Assembly: GCA_965368975.1 (NCBI GenBank)
Contig: CBDUPA010000004.1
Location: forward strand, 224,001 to 288,000
Origin: an uncultured bacterium
GTDB lineage: Bacteria; Acidobacteriota; Thermoanaerobaculia; Multivoradales; JAHZIX01
Length of the DNA stretch: 64,000 nt
Reading direction: 5' to 3'
Of this stretch, positions 31,367-40,168 are shown piece after piece (position 1 is the first letter of the stretch; every line of letters begins with the position of its first letter). Made by a program: the position numbers and the translations under genes. Under the pieces are notes generated by a model. That model did no database searches. It was not told where the DNA came from and saw nothing but the letters and a program-made list of their open reading frames with translations.

Positions 31367-33619
31367 CTACCTAGTCCCCTGACCCGCCGCCCAGAACTCC
31401 AGGAACTCGATCAGCGCCTGCGGCGTGTTGGTCGCCGGGCCGTTGCCGTCCTGGGCCTTGTCATTGACACCGTGGCAACCGTCGCAGCCGCGGATCTCGC
31501 CGGGTTGGAAGGTCAGCCAGTAGCGCTCGCGCACCACCGGTTCACCGTCCGGGGCGGTGAGCTGCCAGCTGACGGCGCGGCGGGCTGGGACGAGCGCGGC
31601 GGCGGAACCATCGGCGGCGACATGGACGCTGGCTTGGGGGCCGGCGGGGTTGGCGGGGTTGCCGCCGGCGGCGATGTGCATGTGCCGGGCGAGCACACGG
31701 CGGCCGGGTTCCGGGTCGTCGACACCGCCGATGCCCCGGACCTGGTCCCCTTGGAAGAACTGTAGGTGCGCGACGTCGTAGATCTTGCCACCACTCCCGA
31801 GCGTCTGGACGCCACCGGGGACGCGCAGGTTGTACGGCTGCTGTTCGTCGGCATCGTCACGGCGGGTGACGTCGCGCACGGAGATCAAGGCCAGGCCGCG
31901 CTGGCGCAGGTCCTCGGCGACCGCCAGTGGATCGACGCCGGCAGCTTCGAAGGCGGCGCGCTCGGGGGCTTCCAGGTGCGGAATCGCTCGTGCCGACGAC
32001 CGGACCGCGGGGCGCGGTCGGGCGACCACCTCGACTGGATTCAGCTCCCACAGATCTCCTGAGTAGTTGACCAGCACGTCCGGGTCCCAGTAGCTCAGAT
32101 GGCGCGAGATGCCGTCGGTCAGGGGGAGGCCGGCTTCTTGGTAGCCGTTGCTGGCCGCGACCAGGCGCGTGAGACGGAAGTGGTAGCGCGGTACCGGGTT
32201 GGCGCGCGTGCCGTCGTTACCGGCAGCGCGGGTCTCGGAGGTGTGGACGGCCAGGAGCGAGCCGTCGCTCAGCGGCAGCGGGTCGCGGTAGAAGCCGGAG
32301 TGGTTGGTGGACGGAACCTCGCCGTCGTCGACATAGTCGCCAGTGTCTGGGTGCGTGAGGTAGGTGAGGGTCACCGCGTCCGGGTTGCGTGACGGTGGTG
32401 CGTCGAGGTGGACGACCATGCCCGCGGCGTGGGTCTCGAACTCCGGCGCGTCGACCGCGACGTAGCGCCCAGGCTGCGTCGGATCCTCGCGCAGTTGCAG
32501 CAGGTTCTCGACCGAGTTCGGATTGACGCGGCCGGAGATGCTGTCGATGAATTCTTCGAGGTTGGGGTCGTCGTTGAGGCTGCGGTTGAAGTAGAAGTGC
32601 AGCTCGTGACGCCCGAGATGGTTGAGCACTTCCAGGCCGCTGCCGTCCTGACGCATCTGCCAGGGGAAGAAGTGATTGAAGCGGTGACCTTCGAGGTTGG
32701 TACCCGCCAGCAGGTCGTCGCGACTGGCCCGTGGCTCCGGGAACACCTCGACGCGGTTCGTCGTGCGCGCCGCACCAGCGCCCTCATCGGCGAAGTCGAA
32801 AGTGCCGTAGACGTCACCGTCGAGGGCGTCGGCATCGGCTTGCTGGTCGCGCTGCAGGTGATCCCAACGCGTGAACAGCACGCGGCCGAAGCTGTCGACG
32901 ATCGGCGTGAAGTCGCCCGAGGGCGCGTGGTCGAGCAGGTACAAGTCCCCACTGCGCGGATCCAGGCTCCACAGTCCGGTATTGGTCGGCGTCGTTTCGT
33001 ATTCGTCGAGCTGGGGGTAGAGATGGGGCTCACCGTCTCGCGGGCGGTCGCTGATGAACAAGATGCGGTCGTCGCTAGCGTAGACGGGTTGCACATTGTT
33101 GTAATCCGCGGGCTGCCGAGGTACGCGCGTGATCCGTGCCGTCTCGCCTTGTCCCAGGCCACTGACCTCGTAGAGTTGCCAGCGGAAGTCCTCGTAGACG
33201 AATTGCTCCGCCGGGGCACCGATCACCATGCTGAACACGGCTTTGGTGCCGTTCCAGTGCACGGCTGGATCCCGCACCGCGATCGCATCTTCTCCCTGGA
33301 AGACGGGGCCCGGGTTTACTGCGGCGACTCCGAAGCCAGCCTCGGCTGTCAGGTTCCGCAGCGTGCCATCGGGGTAGAGGAGCATCAGGTCGCCACCGCG
33401 GCCGGCGGTCTCCATTTCGGCCAGGTGGTTGGCGAAGACGGAGCCAATGGTGGCAAAGTCGGCCGGGATCGGCACCTGGGTGACGAAGAGAATCGGGTTG
33501 GGGAGTGGTGGAGCCTGCTGGGCTCGCACCTGCAGCTCTCGACCCTGCAGCGCGGTCAGCGCGAGAGAGCAAAACAGGGCGGCCGCGGGCAGCGTGCGGG
33601 GACGGCGGGTCTTGGACAT
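31367..33619 (-). CDS. HzsA-related secreted protein (beta-propeller plus hydrazine-synthase-alpha-like domain), one CxxCH heme motif
   Basis: Signal peptide; TolB-like repeats; DGS...VPA...WQ...DG..V.RER.W...QPGE.R.CDGCH. Confidence 0.75.
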   Translation of the reverse strand: MSKTRRPRTLPAAALFCSLALTALQGRELQVRAQQAPPLPNPILFVTQVPIPADFATIGSVFANHLAEMETAGRGGDLMLLYPDGTLRNLTAEAGFGVAAVNPGPVFQGEDAIAVRDPAVHWNGTKAVFSMVIGAPAEQFVYEDFRWQLYEVSGLGQGETARITRVPRQPADYNNVQPVYASDDRILFISDRPRDGEPHLYPQLDEYETTPTNTGLWSLDPRSGDLYLLDHAPSGDFTPIVDSFGRVLFTRWDHLQRDQQADADALDGDVYGTFDFADEGAGAARTTNRVEVFPEPRASRDDLLAGTNLEGHRFNHFFPWQMRQDGSGLEVLNHLGRHELHFYFNRSLNDDPNLEEFIDSISGRVNPNSVENLLQLREDPTQPGRYVAVDAPEFETHAAGMVVHLDAPPSRNPDAVTLTYLTHPDTGDYVDDGEVPSTNHSGFYRDPLPLSDGSLLAVHTSETRAAGNDGTRANPVPRYHFRLTRLVAASNGYQEAGLPLTDGISRHLSYWDPDVLVNYSGDLWELNPVEVVARPRPAVRSSARAIPHLEAPERAAFEAAGVDPLAVAEDLRQRGLALISVRDVTRRDDADEQQPYNLRVPGGVQTLGSGGKIYDVAHLQFFQGDQVRGIGGVDDPEPGRRVLARHMHIAAGGNPANPAGPQASVHVAADGSAAALVPARRAVSWQLTAPDGEPVVRERYWLTFQPGEIRGCDGCHGVNDKAQDGNGPATNTPQALIEFLEFWAAGQGTR

Positions 33620-33687
33620 GAGGTACCTCCGTCAAAGATATTACTCTTTCCGCATGCAATGGCAAGTGTATGTTGATCTGTGTGCCG

Positions 33688-34299
33688 CTACTCGCTCTCA
33701 GTGGCCTCGAGTCCCAGGCGCTGCAGGAGATTCTGCAAGATACGCGCCGTCAGGCCCCAGATCTGGCGCGAGCCGACGTGGTAGACGCGCATCACCTGCT
33801 CCTTACCGTCGATCGATACCAGGCGATCCTCGATCAGCTGCGGGTTGGCCAGGGCGTAGAGCGGTACGCGGAAGATCTCGGCGATCTCGCCCGGGTTCAT
33901 ACTGGTTTCGAACTGTGCCGGCAGGGCGCCGACGCACGGCACGACGCGGAAGCCGGTGGTGCTGTCGAGCTCGTCGAGTTGCCCCAGCTTGAGCACCTTG
34001 CCGCGATCGATACCGACTTCCTCGTGGGCTTCGCGCAGGGCGGTGTCCCAGAGTTCTTCGTTCGCCTTGGTGTTGCCACCGGGGAAGGCGATCTGGCTAC
34101 GGTGTGTCGGCAGATCGTCGGCACGACGGGTCAGCAGTGTCCACAGCTGGCCACCTTCGACGTACAACGGTACTAGCACGGCCGCGGAGCGTTTCTCGGA
34201 AGGGCCGAGGCGCTTGGGGGCGGGATTGGCGAGATGCTGCCGGATCTCCGGCAGCCAACTGTTGGCGATCTTGGCGGCGATGTTGTCCGACTCCGTCAT
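33688..34299 (-). CDS. Nudix hydrolase, CoA pyrophosphatase type
   Basis: LLTRR, FPGG...ALREAHEEVG and IWGLTA. Confidence 0.9.
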   Translation of the reverse strand: MTESDNIAAKIANSWLPEIRQHLANPAPKRLGPSEKRSAAVLVPLYVEGGQLWTLLTRRADDLPTHRSQIAFPGGNTKANEELWDTALREAHEEVGIDRGKVLKLGQLDELDSTTGFRVVPCVGALPAQFETSMNPGEIAEIFRVPLYALANPQLIEDRLVSIDGKEQVMRVYHVGSRQIWGLTARILQNLLQRLGLEATESE

Positions 34300-34332
34300 G
34301 GGTCCTTGGCCCTCCTTGTGCGACCTAGGTTG

Positions 34333-35991
34333 TCACATCTCGAGGGTTGCTTCTAAGACCGGGCCACCCAGGCGCGAGAAGCTGGCGCTCCCCAGGACGT
34401 GTGGCTCGACGCGCAGGGTGCAGACGCCGGGGGGACGGCGGATCTCGACGCTCAGCTCGCAGGTCTCTCCGGCATCGAGCGGGCGTGGCAGCGGGATCCA
34501 CGGCTGGCCAGCGAGCAGGTCGATGGTGCCCTCTGCGCGGGGGGCGTCCTCGCAGGGGCGTAGCAGTTGGACCTGGAGCGCTACGCCGCCGGGACCGTCC
34601 AGGCCGGCGAGCCACCTTGTAGTGCCGGTGTTGGCCAGGTGGAACTGCAGCGTGCGCCGATTGCCGGCGGGCCAGGGGGTTTGCCAGGTGACATCGAGCG
34701 TGCCGGGCAGCTCGGAGGCCGTGCGCGTCGTGACCGTGACGGTGTTCTCCCACGGCTCGGCGTCCGGAGACGATGCGGCTGGCGGCTCCAAGTCCTTCCA
34801 CTCGCGACAGGCTTCGATCACGGCCTCGGCGGCGGCGGCTGGATGGTGATGCTGCTCGACGTGGGCGCGCGCTGCTGCGCCCATCCGCAGCAGCTCCTCC
34901 GGCGCCGCCAGTAGCTGTCGCAGCTGCTCGGCCAGCGCCTCGACCTCGCCGTCGCCGAGCGGGACCTTGATCACACAGGCGTCTGGCAATTCATGGAACT
35001 GACCGTAGTCCGACACCACCGCCGGCCGGCCGACGGCGAGCACCCGCAGCAGGGAAGCTGAGGTCTCACCGGCCGTCGGATAGCGCAGGTTGAGTGCCAG
35101 GTCGGTGGCGGCGATGGCGGCCTCGAAGTCGTCGAAGTTGACGAAGCCGGTGATGTGGACGCGCTCGGCGACACCCGCGGCGGCGGCGGCTTCTTGCAGC
35201 TGGCAGGCGGCGCTCACCTGGCCGACGATCAACAGGTGGGCATCTTCGAGTCCCGGCTGCGCCAGGGCTTCGACCACGCGCTCGGTGCGCTTGATGGGGG
35301 TCTGGAAGCCGAAGGAGCCAAGGACGGCGGTGTGATCGGGGATGCCGAAGCGACGGCGCAACTCACGCCCCTCGTGGGCGTCGGCGGCGGGAGGTAGAGG
35401 GATGCCCATGGGCACCACGCGTACGCGCACGTCCGGGTGGAATTCGAGGATCTGTGCTGCTGCCCAGCGGTTGTGGACGAGCACGCCGCGCTGCGCACGC
35501 AGCAGGCTGCGGTGTGCCGGCAGCGAGAAGAGAGCCGCCTCGCTCGGCTCGCCCCAGCGGCGAGCGCGGGCGATCGGCCCCCCAACCCAGCCGTGATCTT
35601 GCAGGAGTCGTTGCTGGTAGGGACGGTAGTCGCCGCCGCGCAAGGTCTGTTCGCACAGCAGGTGGTGCAGCACCAGGTCGTGCAGGGTGACCACGCCTGG
35701 GTAGCGGCGTGCCAGACGTTCGATGTCATCGTGGTAGGGATTGTTGCCCAAATGGTAGACGGGCAGGCGGCCTGACGCGGCCTCTTCTGCCGGTGCTGCT
35801 TGGGCCAATGCCGCTTCGGCCGCTACCGGCTGCCAGCGCGTCTCGACCTCGTCGGCGACCGGCTGCCCGGGCACGCGCAAGACGCGCAGGTCGGTGCGCT
35901 GATCCAATTCGGGTAGCAGGTCGATCGAATAGTCGGCGATACCCGAACGCACCGGTGGCAGAGGGGATAGATAGTCGAGGGCGATACTCAT
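34333..35991 (-). CDS. Glycosyltransferase family 4 with C-terminal Ig-like domain
   Basis: SPLPP.RSGIADY, YHLGNN, LHD, LR.PT.GETS and GRPAVVSD. Confidence 0.85.
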   Translation of the reverse strand: MSIALDYLSPLPPVRSGIADYSIDLLPELDQRTDLRVLRVPGQPVADEVETRWQPVAAEAALAQAAPAEEAASGRLPVYHLGNNPYHDDIERLARRYPGVVTLHDLVLHHLLCEQTLRGGDYRPYQQRLLQDHGWVGGPIARARRWGEPSEAALFSLPAHRSLLRAQRGVLVHNRWAAAQILEFHPDVRVRVVPMGIPLPPAADAHEGRELRRRFGIPDHTAVLGSFGFQTPIKRTERVVEALAQPGLEDAHLLIVGQVSAACQLQEAAAAAGVAERVHITGFVNFDDFEAAIAATDLALNLRYPTAGETSASLLRVLAVGRPAVVSDYGQFHELPDACVIKVPLGDGEVEALAEQLRQLLAAPEELLRMGAAARAHVEQHHHPAAAAEAVIEACREWKDLEPPAASSPDAEPWENTVTVTTRTASELPGTLDVTWQTPWPAGNRRTLQFHLANTGTTRWLAGLDGPGGVALQVQLLRPCEDAPRAEGTIDLLAGQPWIPLPRPLDAGETCELSVEIRRPPGVCTLRVEPHVLGSASFSRLGGPVLEATLEM

Positions 35992-36083
35992 GGCGCGGCG
36001 AGCTTATCGCGGTAGGCCCACGCCTGCGGGGCGCAACGCGTCTCATCCTTGACGTGGCTCGTCGAAGCCGCTAGCTTGAGGCC

Positions 36084-37136
36084 ATGAATGCAAGGTTTTC
36101 TGGCCGCTCCGGCTCCGGCTTTTCCGGAGTCTCTCGCACTGTTACATCGGTCCTGGTCGTGGCCGGCTTCACGCTTCTCTTCGTCGCTGGCTGTGCGGGG
36201 CCGCCGCCGGAGCCGGTCGCCGAGTTGCGGCTGGAAGAAGCCGAGTGGCGCTTGCCCTATCCGGAATGGCGTACCTTGACCTTCGTCTGGACGCCGCGCC
36301 AGGAACTGCCCGCGCCGTCGGTCTGGTGTTTCGTTCATCTCAAGAACGAAGCTGGTGAGGTGGTCCGCACTTTCGATCACGAGGTGCGTGGGGACTGGCA
36401 GCTTGGTGAGGAGCTGCGCTACGAGCTGACGCTCTTCCAGTCCATCCTGGCGCCGGGGCTGGCGCCAGGCGCCTACCGGGTCGAGCTGGGGTTGTACGAT
36501 CCAGCCAGCGGGGACCGCTGGCCGCTGCAGATCGAGGGCCACGGCGTCGAGCCGCTGGACCGTCAGGCGTACCAGGTCGCGGTGCTCGACGTGCCACAAG
36601 CGACACCCGACGCACCGCGGCTGACCTTCTCGACCGGCTGGACCTCACCGGCCCCGGGCACCGATCGGCAGATCCTGGCGCGTCGCTGGTTGAGCGGTGA
36701 AGGGCAACTGACGGTCGGCGATCTGGACGTTCCGGGCAGCCTGTGGATGCGCCTGCGCGTGCCGGAACCCGATACGGCTGGGACGATTCGGGTGCTCGAT
36801 GACGGTGCTGGTGATCAACCCCGACTGGAGCTGACCAGCACTTGCACCGGTCGGGTTCATACCCTGGATGTTCCAGGAGTGCACCAACTGGTACTACCGG
36901 TCTACGCCACGGCTCCACGGACGGTACGGAGCGCTGCCGATGACGACGGCGTCGAGGCCAGCTTCGGCATCGGCAGGAGTGTCGGTGGTCTCGGTGCCGG
37001 CGGATCGGCCATTGCCGGTGCGGCGACCTCGTGTGAGTTGCAGTTCTGGGCCAACTACGTCATCGAGCTGGAGCCGGGAAGGCCGCCTCGCTCCGTGGCG
37101 CTCGAAGCTCTGTCTTGGACCGCCGCCCAGCTTTGA
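36084..37136 (+). CDS. Hypothetical lipoprotein with beta-sandwich domains
   Basis: Lipobox VAGC; FVHL...DH...W..GE...YRVELGLYD pattern. Confidence 0.65.
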   Translation: MNARFSGRSGSGFSGVSRTVTSVLVVAGFTLLFVAGCAGPPPEPVAELRLEEAEWRLPYPEWRTLTFVWTPRQELPAPSVWCFVHLKNEAGEVVRTFDHEVRGDWQLGEELRYELTLFQSILAPGLAPGAYRVELGLYDPASGDRWPLQIEGHGVEPLDRQAYQVAVLDVPQATPDAPRLTFSTGWTSPAPGTDRQILARRWLSGEGQLTVGDLDVPGSLWMRLRVPEPDTAGTIRVLDDGAGDQPRLELTSTCTGRVHTLDVPGVHQLVLPVYATAPRTVRSAADDDGVEASFGIGRSVGGLGAGGSAIAGAATSCELQFWANYVIELEPGRPPRSVALEALSWTAAQL

Positions 37137-37150
37137 CGAGAGCCGAGACC

Positions 37151-38035
37151 GTGAACCGAGACGAGGGAACGGAGAGACCCAAGAGTCACTTCCGCTTCCT
37201 CTTGTCTCTGCTCGCGGTGGCCGGCGGCGCCACGGCCTACATTCGGGGACCCCTGCAGCGCCGTAAGCTGTTCTTGCCCGAGCGTTATCCGGCGGGCGAC
37301 TGGGCACCGCGCAAACAGGGGCTGCCGGCCGAAGATCAGTGGTTCGACAGCGGAGACGGGGTACGTCTACATGGCTGGTGGCTGCCCCGTTCCGGGGCGG
37401 CTGTGACCGTGCTCTATTGTCACGGGCACAGCGGATGTCTGGGCCGACGTCTGGATGTCCTGCGGACGCTCTACGACCTCCCTGCCCAGGTCTTCGCCTT
37501 CGACTACCGTGGCTACGGTCGCAGTACCGGCAAGCCGAGTGCCGTGGGGTTGCGGCTCGACGCGCGTGCCGCCGCCGCCCACCTGCACCGCGAGTTGGGA
37601 CAAGACCCCGGGCGCACCGTGCTCTTCGGTCACTCTCTGGGTGCCGCGCTGGCGCTCGAAGCGGCGCTCGCCATGCAGGGCGAGCGCCCGGTGGCCGGTC
37701 TGATTCTCGAGAGCGCCTTCACTTCGGTGCACGAAGTCACGCGTCAGCGCTATCCGTTCCTGCCGCTGCACCTGCTGACCAAGGATCCGTATCGCAACAT
37801 CGAGCAGGTGGCGCAGGTACGCTGTCCGCAGCTCTTCGTCCACGGCACTGCAGATCACGTGATGCCGCCGCGGCACAGTGAGCGCTTGTGGCAGGCCGCT
37901 CGCGGTTCCAAGGAGTTGTATCTGGTCGAAGGGGCTGGGCACAACGACCTGCACGAGGTTGGCGGGACGGCCTACGCCAGGCGCCTGGGTGCGTTTATTT
38001 CGAGCTGTGTCGAGACTGCGGGCTCGCGTCGGTAG
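37151..38035 (+). CDS. Alpha/beta hydrolase (ABHD13/17-like)
   Basis: DYRGYG, GHSLG, HGTAD and GHND triad motifs. Start uncertain (37133 or 37151). Confidence 0.88.
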   Translation: MNRDEGTERPKSHFRFLLSLLAVAGGATAYIRGPLQRRKLFLPERYPAGDWAPRKQGLPAEDQWFDSGDGVRLHGWWLPRSGAAVTVLYCHGHSGCLGRRLDVLRTLYDLPAQVFAFDYRGYGRSTGKPSAVGLRLDARAAAAHLHRELGQDPGRTVLFGHSLGAALALEAALAMQGERPVAGLILESAFTSVHEVTRQRYPFLPLHLLTKDPYRNIEQVAQVRCPQLFVHGTADHVMPPRHSERLWQAARGSKELYLVEGAGHNDLHEVGGTAYARRLGAFISSCVETAGSRR

Positions 38036-38074
38036 ACGGCGCTCGCGTCATGGCGCCTGCTTCACTGGCCTGCG

Positions 38075-39331
38075 TCATGTGTCGTTTGGGATGCGTAGGT
38101 CCGCCGGCAGCCGGGCTGAGCACAGCAGGTCGCTGAAGCTACTCCAGCGCGTCTCGAGAGCCGGGCCGCTGGCCTCGACGTGCCGACGCACCAAACTCTC
38201 ACCCAGGTTGTAGTTGACGATGTAGCAGCGGTAGCGGTCGATGAACTGCAGGCGGTGAGCCGCGCGCTCGGGAGGCGTCAGCGCGTAGACGGTCAGCCAG
38301 TCGATGGTCTCATCCGTGCTCAACTCGCCGTCGAGATACCGTCTCGCTGCCTCGTGGCCAGCGTAGCTGAGGCCGTTGAGTAGGCCGAGGACTTCGTAAT
38401 ACTCCGGCATGCGTCGAGGGTCGAGCCCGACCAGCGGCCAGATCTCTTCGGCTTCGAAGGACATGCGTTCGTCACCGGGCCACAACAACTGGATGCCGTA
38501 GTTGGCGATGCCCTCGGCGATCAAGGATTGCGGGCTGAGGAGTGGATAGATGCACAGCTCGGTCCAGCCGCGTCGGCGCACCAGTTCCCGTTCCTGCAGG
38601 GCGCTGTGCACATGATGTCCCGGATAGCCTTCGTGACTGGCCAGGTCGAGAATACGGTCGACGTACATCGCCAGGTCGGTGTTGACCTCGATCGAGCTGC
38701 GGAAGCCTCCGTGGTACCAGTTGTAGGCACTCCACGGTCGGCCGCTGACGAAACTGACGTCGAAGTCCTCGTCCTCCGGTAGTTGCAGGTGCTGCTTTGT
38801 TCGGGAGCGGCAGTGTTCGAGGGCGGCCTCGAACACTGCCGGCAGGTGGTCGGCGGGAATGGTGAACTCGGCGCGGAAGCTCTCCAACCGTTCGGCCAGG
38901 TCTCCGACGCCGGGCAAGCTACGGTCCAGGCGCTGCTGCAGGTCGAGGAAGCGTTGCTCTGGCTCGCGCTCGACGGTGACCCCATAGAACAAGCGCGTCT
39001 CTTCGTCGAAGGTGAGACGTGTACCAGTCAGCTGGTCGGCGCGAGCCGCTAGGGCTCGTAGCTGCTGGCGCAGGAAGCTGGTGCGCTGGGCACGAGCTCC
39101 GGCATCGGTGTCGCAGGTGGTCGCAGCGCGGGAGGCGGGTTCTTGCTCCGACAGCTGCTGGCGAAGCTCGCTGACGCCACTGCGGATCTTTGCCAGCGAC
39201 CGAGCTTCGTCGCGTGCCTGCTGCCGCCAGGCGCTCGGCCCGTAGTAGGCATCCACGTAGTCTGGGTCGTGTTCTCCCAGAGCGAGTACCAGCTGCACGT
39301 ACTCGCGAGCAATGTCACCGAGCTTGTCCAT
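38075..39331 (-). CDS. DUF885-like putative metallopeptidase-fold protein
   Basis: HEGYPGHH motif with downstream EG.A.Y; DAYYGP at the N-terminus. Confidence 0.65.
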   Translation of the reverse strand: MDKLGDIAREYVQLVLALGEHDPDYVDAYYGPSAWRQQARDEARSLAKIRSGVSELRQQLSEQEPASRAATTCDTDAGARAQRTSFLRQQLRALAARADQLTGTRLTFDEETRLFYGVTVEREPEQRFLDLQQRLDRSLPGVGDLAERLESFRAEFTIPADHLPAVFEAALEHCRSRTKQHLQLPEDEDFDVSFVSGRPWSAYNWYHGGFRSSIEVNTDLAMYVDRILDLASHEGYPGHHVHSALQERELVRRRGWTELCIYPLLSPQSLIAEGIANYGIQLLWPGDERMSFEAEEIWPLVGLDPRRMPEYYEVLGLLNGLSYAGHEAARRYLDGELSTDETIDWLTVYALTPPERAAHRLQFIDRYRCYIVNYNLGESLVRRHVEASGPALETRWSSFSDLLCSARLPADLRIPNDT

Positions 39332-39573
39332 GAGCGGCAGCCTATCAGTTGTCGCGGCCCATCTTCGTAGCTCTTTCGGGGTCGGATCCGGTGTGGACTG
39401 GACAAGCGGCACCGCAGGTGGCGTAAACTAGTCGACAGCTCTAGCGCTCAAAGCAGGCGCATTCGAGCGAGCCCCGGCGGGCCCGCGAGGTGGGGTGGTG
39501 AGTGTGGAATCGCCGGTTTCGAGAATCAGGGCTTCGCCACTTCGTGCGCTGCCCTCGACAAAGGAGGTTGGTC

Positions 39574-40101
39574 ATAGCCAGGAGAGATCCCGGGCCGCGG
39601 GTCAACAATCGGATCCGCAAGAGTCCCATACGACTGATTGACGAAGATGGCACCCAGTTGGGTGTCGTGCCCCTGGATGACGCCCGGACCCGTGCGCGGG
39701 ACAAGGGTCTGGACTTGGTGGAGGTCGGTGCAGCCGCGGATCCACCGGTGGTCCGGATCATGGATTGGGGCAAGACAAAGTTCGAGCGTGAGAAGCGCGC
39801 CCGTGAGTCCCGCAAGAAGGCGCAGACGATCGAGATCAAGGAAGTCAAGTTCCGGCCGACCATTGATGACCATGATTTCGGCATCAAGGTCAAGCGCGCT
39901 TGCCGTTTCCTGTCCGAGGGCAAGAAGGTCAAGATCACGGTCTTCTTCCGTCTGCGCCAGCTGCGCCGTCCGGAACTCGGGCGCAAGATTCTCGACCACG
40001 TCACCGAGCAGGTCGAAGAAGTCGCCGATATCGAGACGCGTTCCGGCCTGGAAGGTCGTCAGATGGTGATGATTCTGGCGCCCAAGAATATGGCGAAGTA
40101 G
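39574..40101 (+). CDS. infC: Translation initiation factor IF-3, probable non-canonical ATA start
   Basis: RVNNRIR...RLIDEDGTQLG, DLVEV, PPVVRIMD, KEVKFRP.ID.HD and KVK. SD AAGGAGG lies 6 nt before ATA. Confidence 0.95.
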   Translation: MARRDPGPRVNNRIRKSPIRLIDEDGTQLGVVPLDDARTRARDKGLDLVEVGAAADPPVVRIMDWGKTKFEREKRARESRKKAQTIEIKEVKFRPTIDDHDFGIKVKRACRFLSEGKKVKITVFFRLRQLRRPELGRKILDHVTEQVEEVADIETRSGLEGRQMVMILAPKNMAK

Positions 40102-40110
40102 GGGCAGGCG

Positions 40111-40137
40111 TCGAGGTCCGCGCCCGCGCGACCTCGA
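40111..40137. terminator. Hairpin between convergent infC and greA
   Basis: TCGAGGTC...GACCTCGA arms around a GC-rich core. Confidence 0.5.
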
Positions 40138-40168
40138 GGACCCACCCGCGGCTTCGAGCGTTCACCTG

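Noticed and set aside
31367-33619. Anammox hydrazine synthase
   Set aside because: Only one heme motif, no hzsB/C, and a non-planctomycete gene context.
39502-39573. GTG-started N-terminal extension of IF-3 in the ORF track
   Set aside because: SD position and IF-3 homology support a start at 39574.
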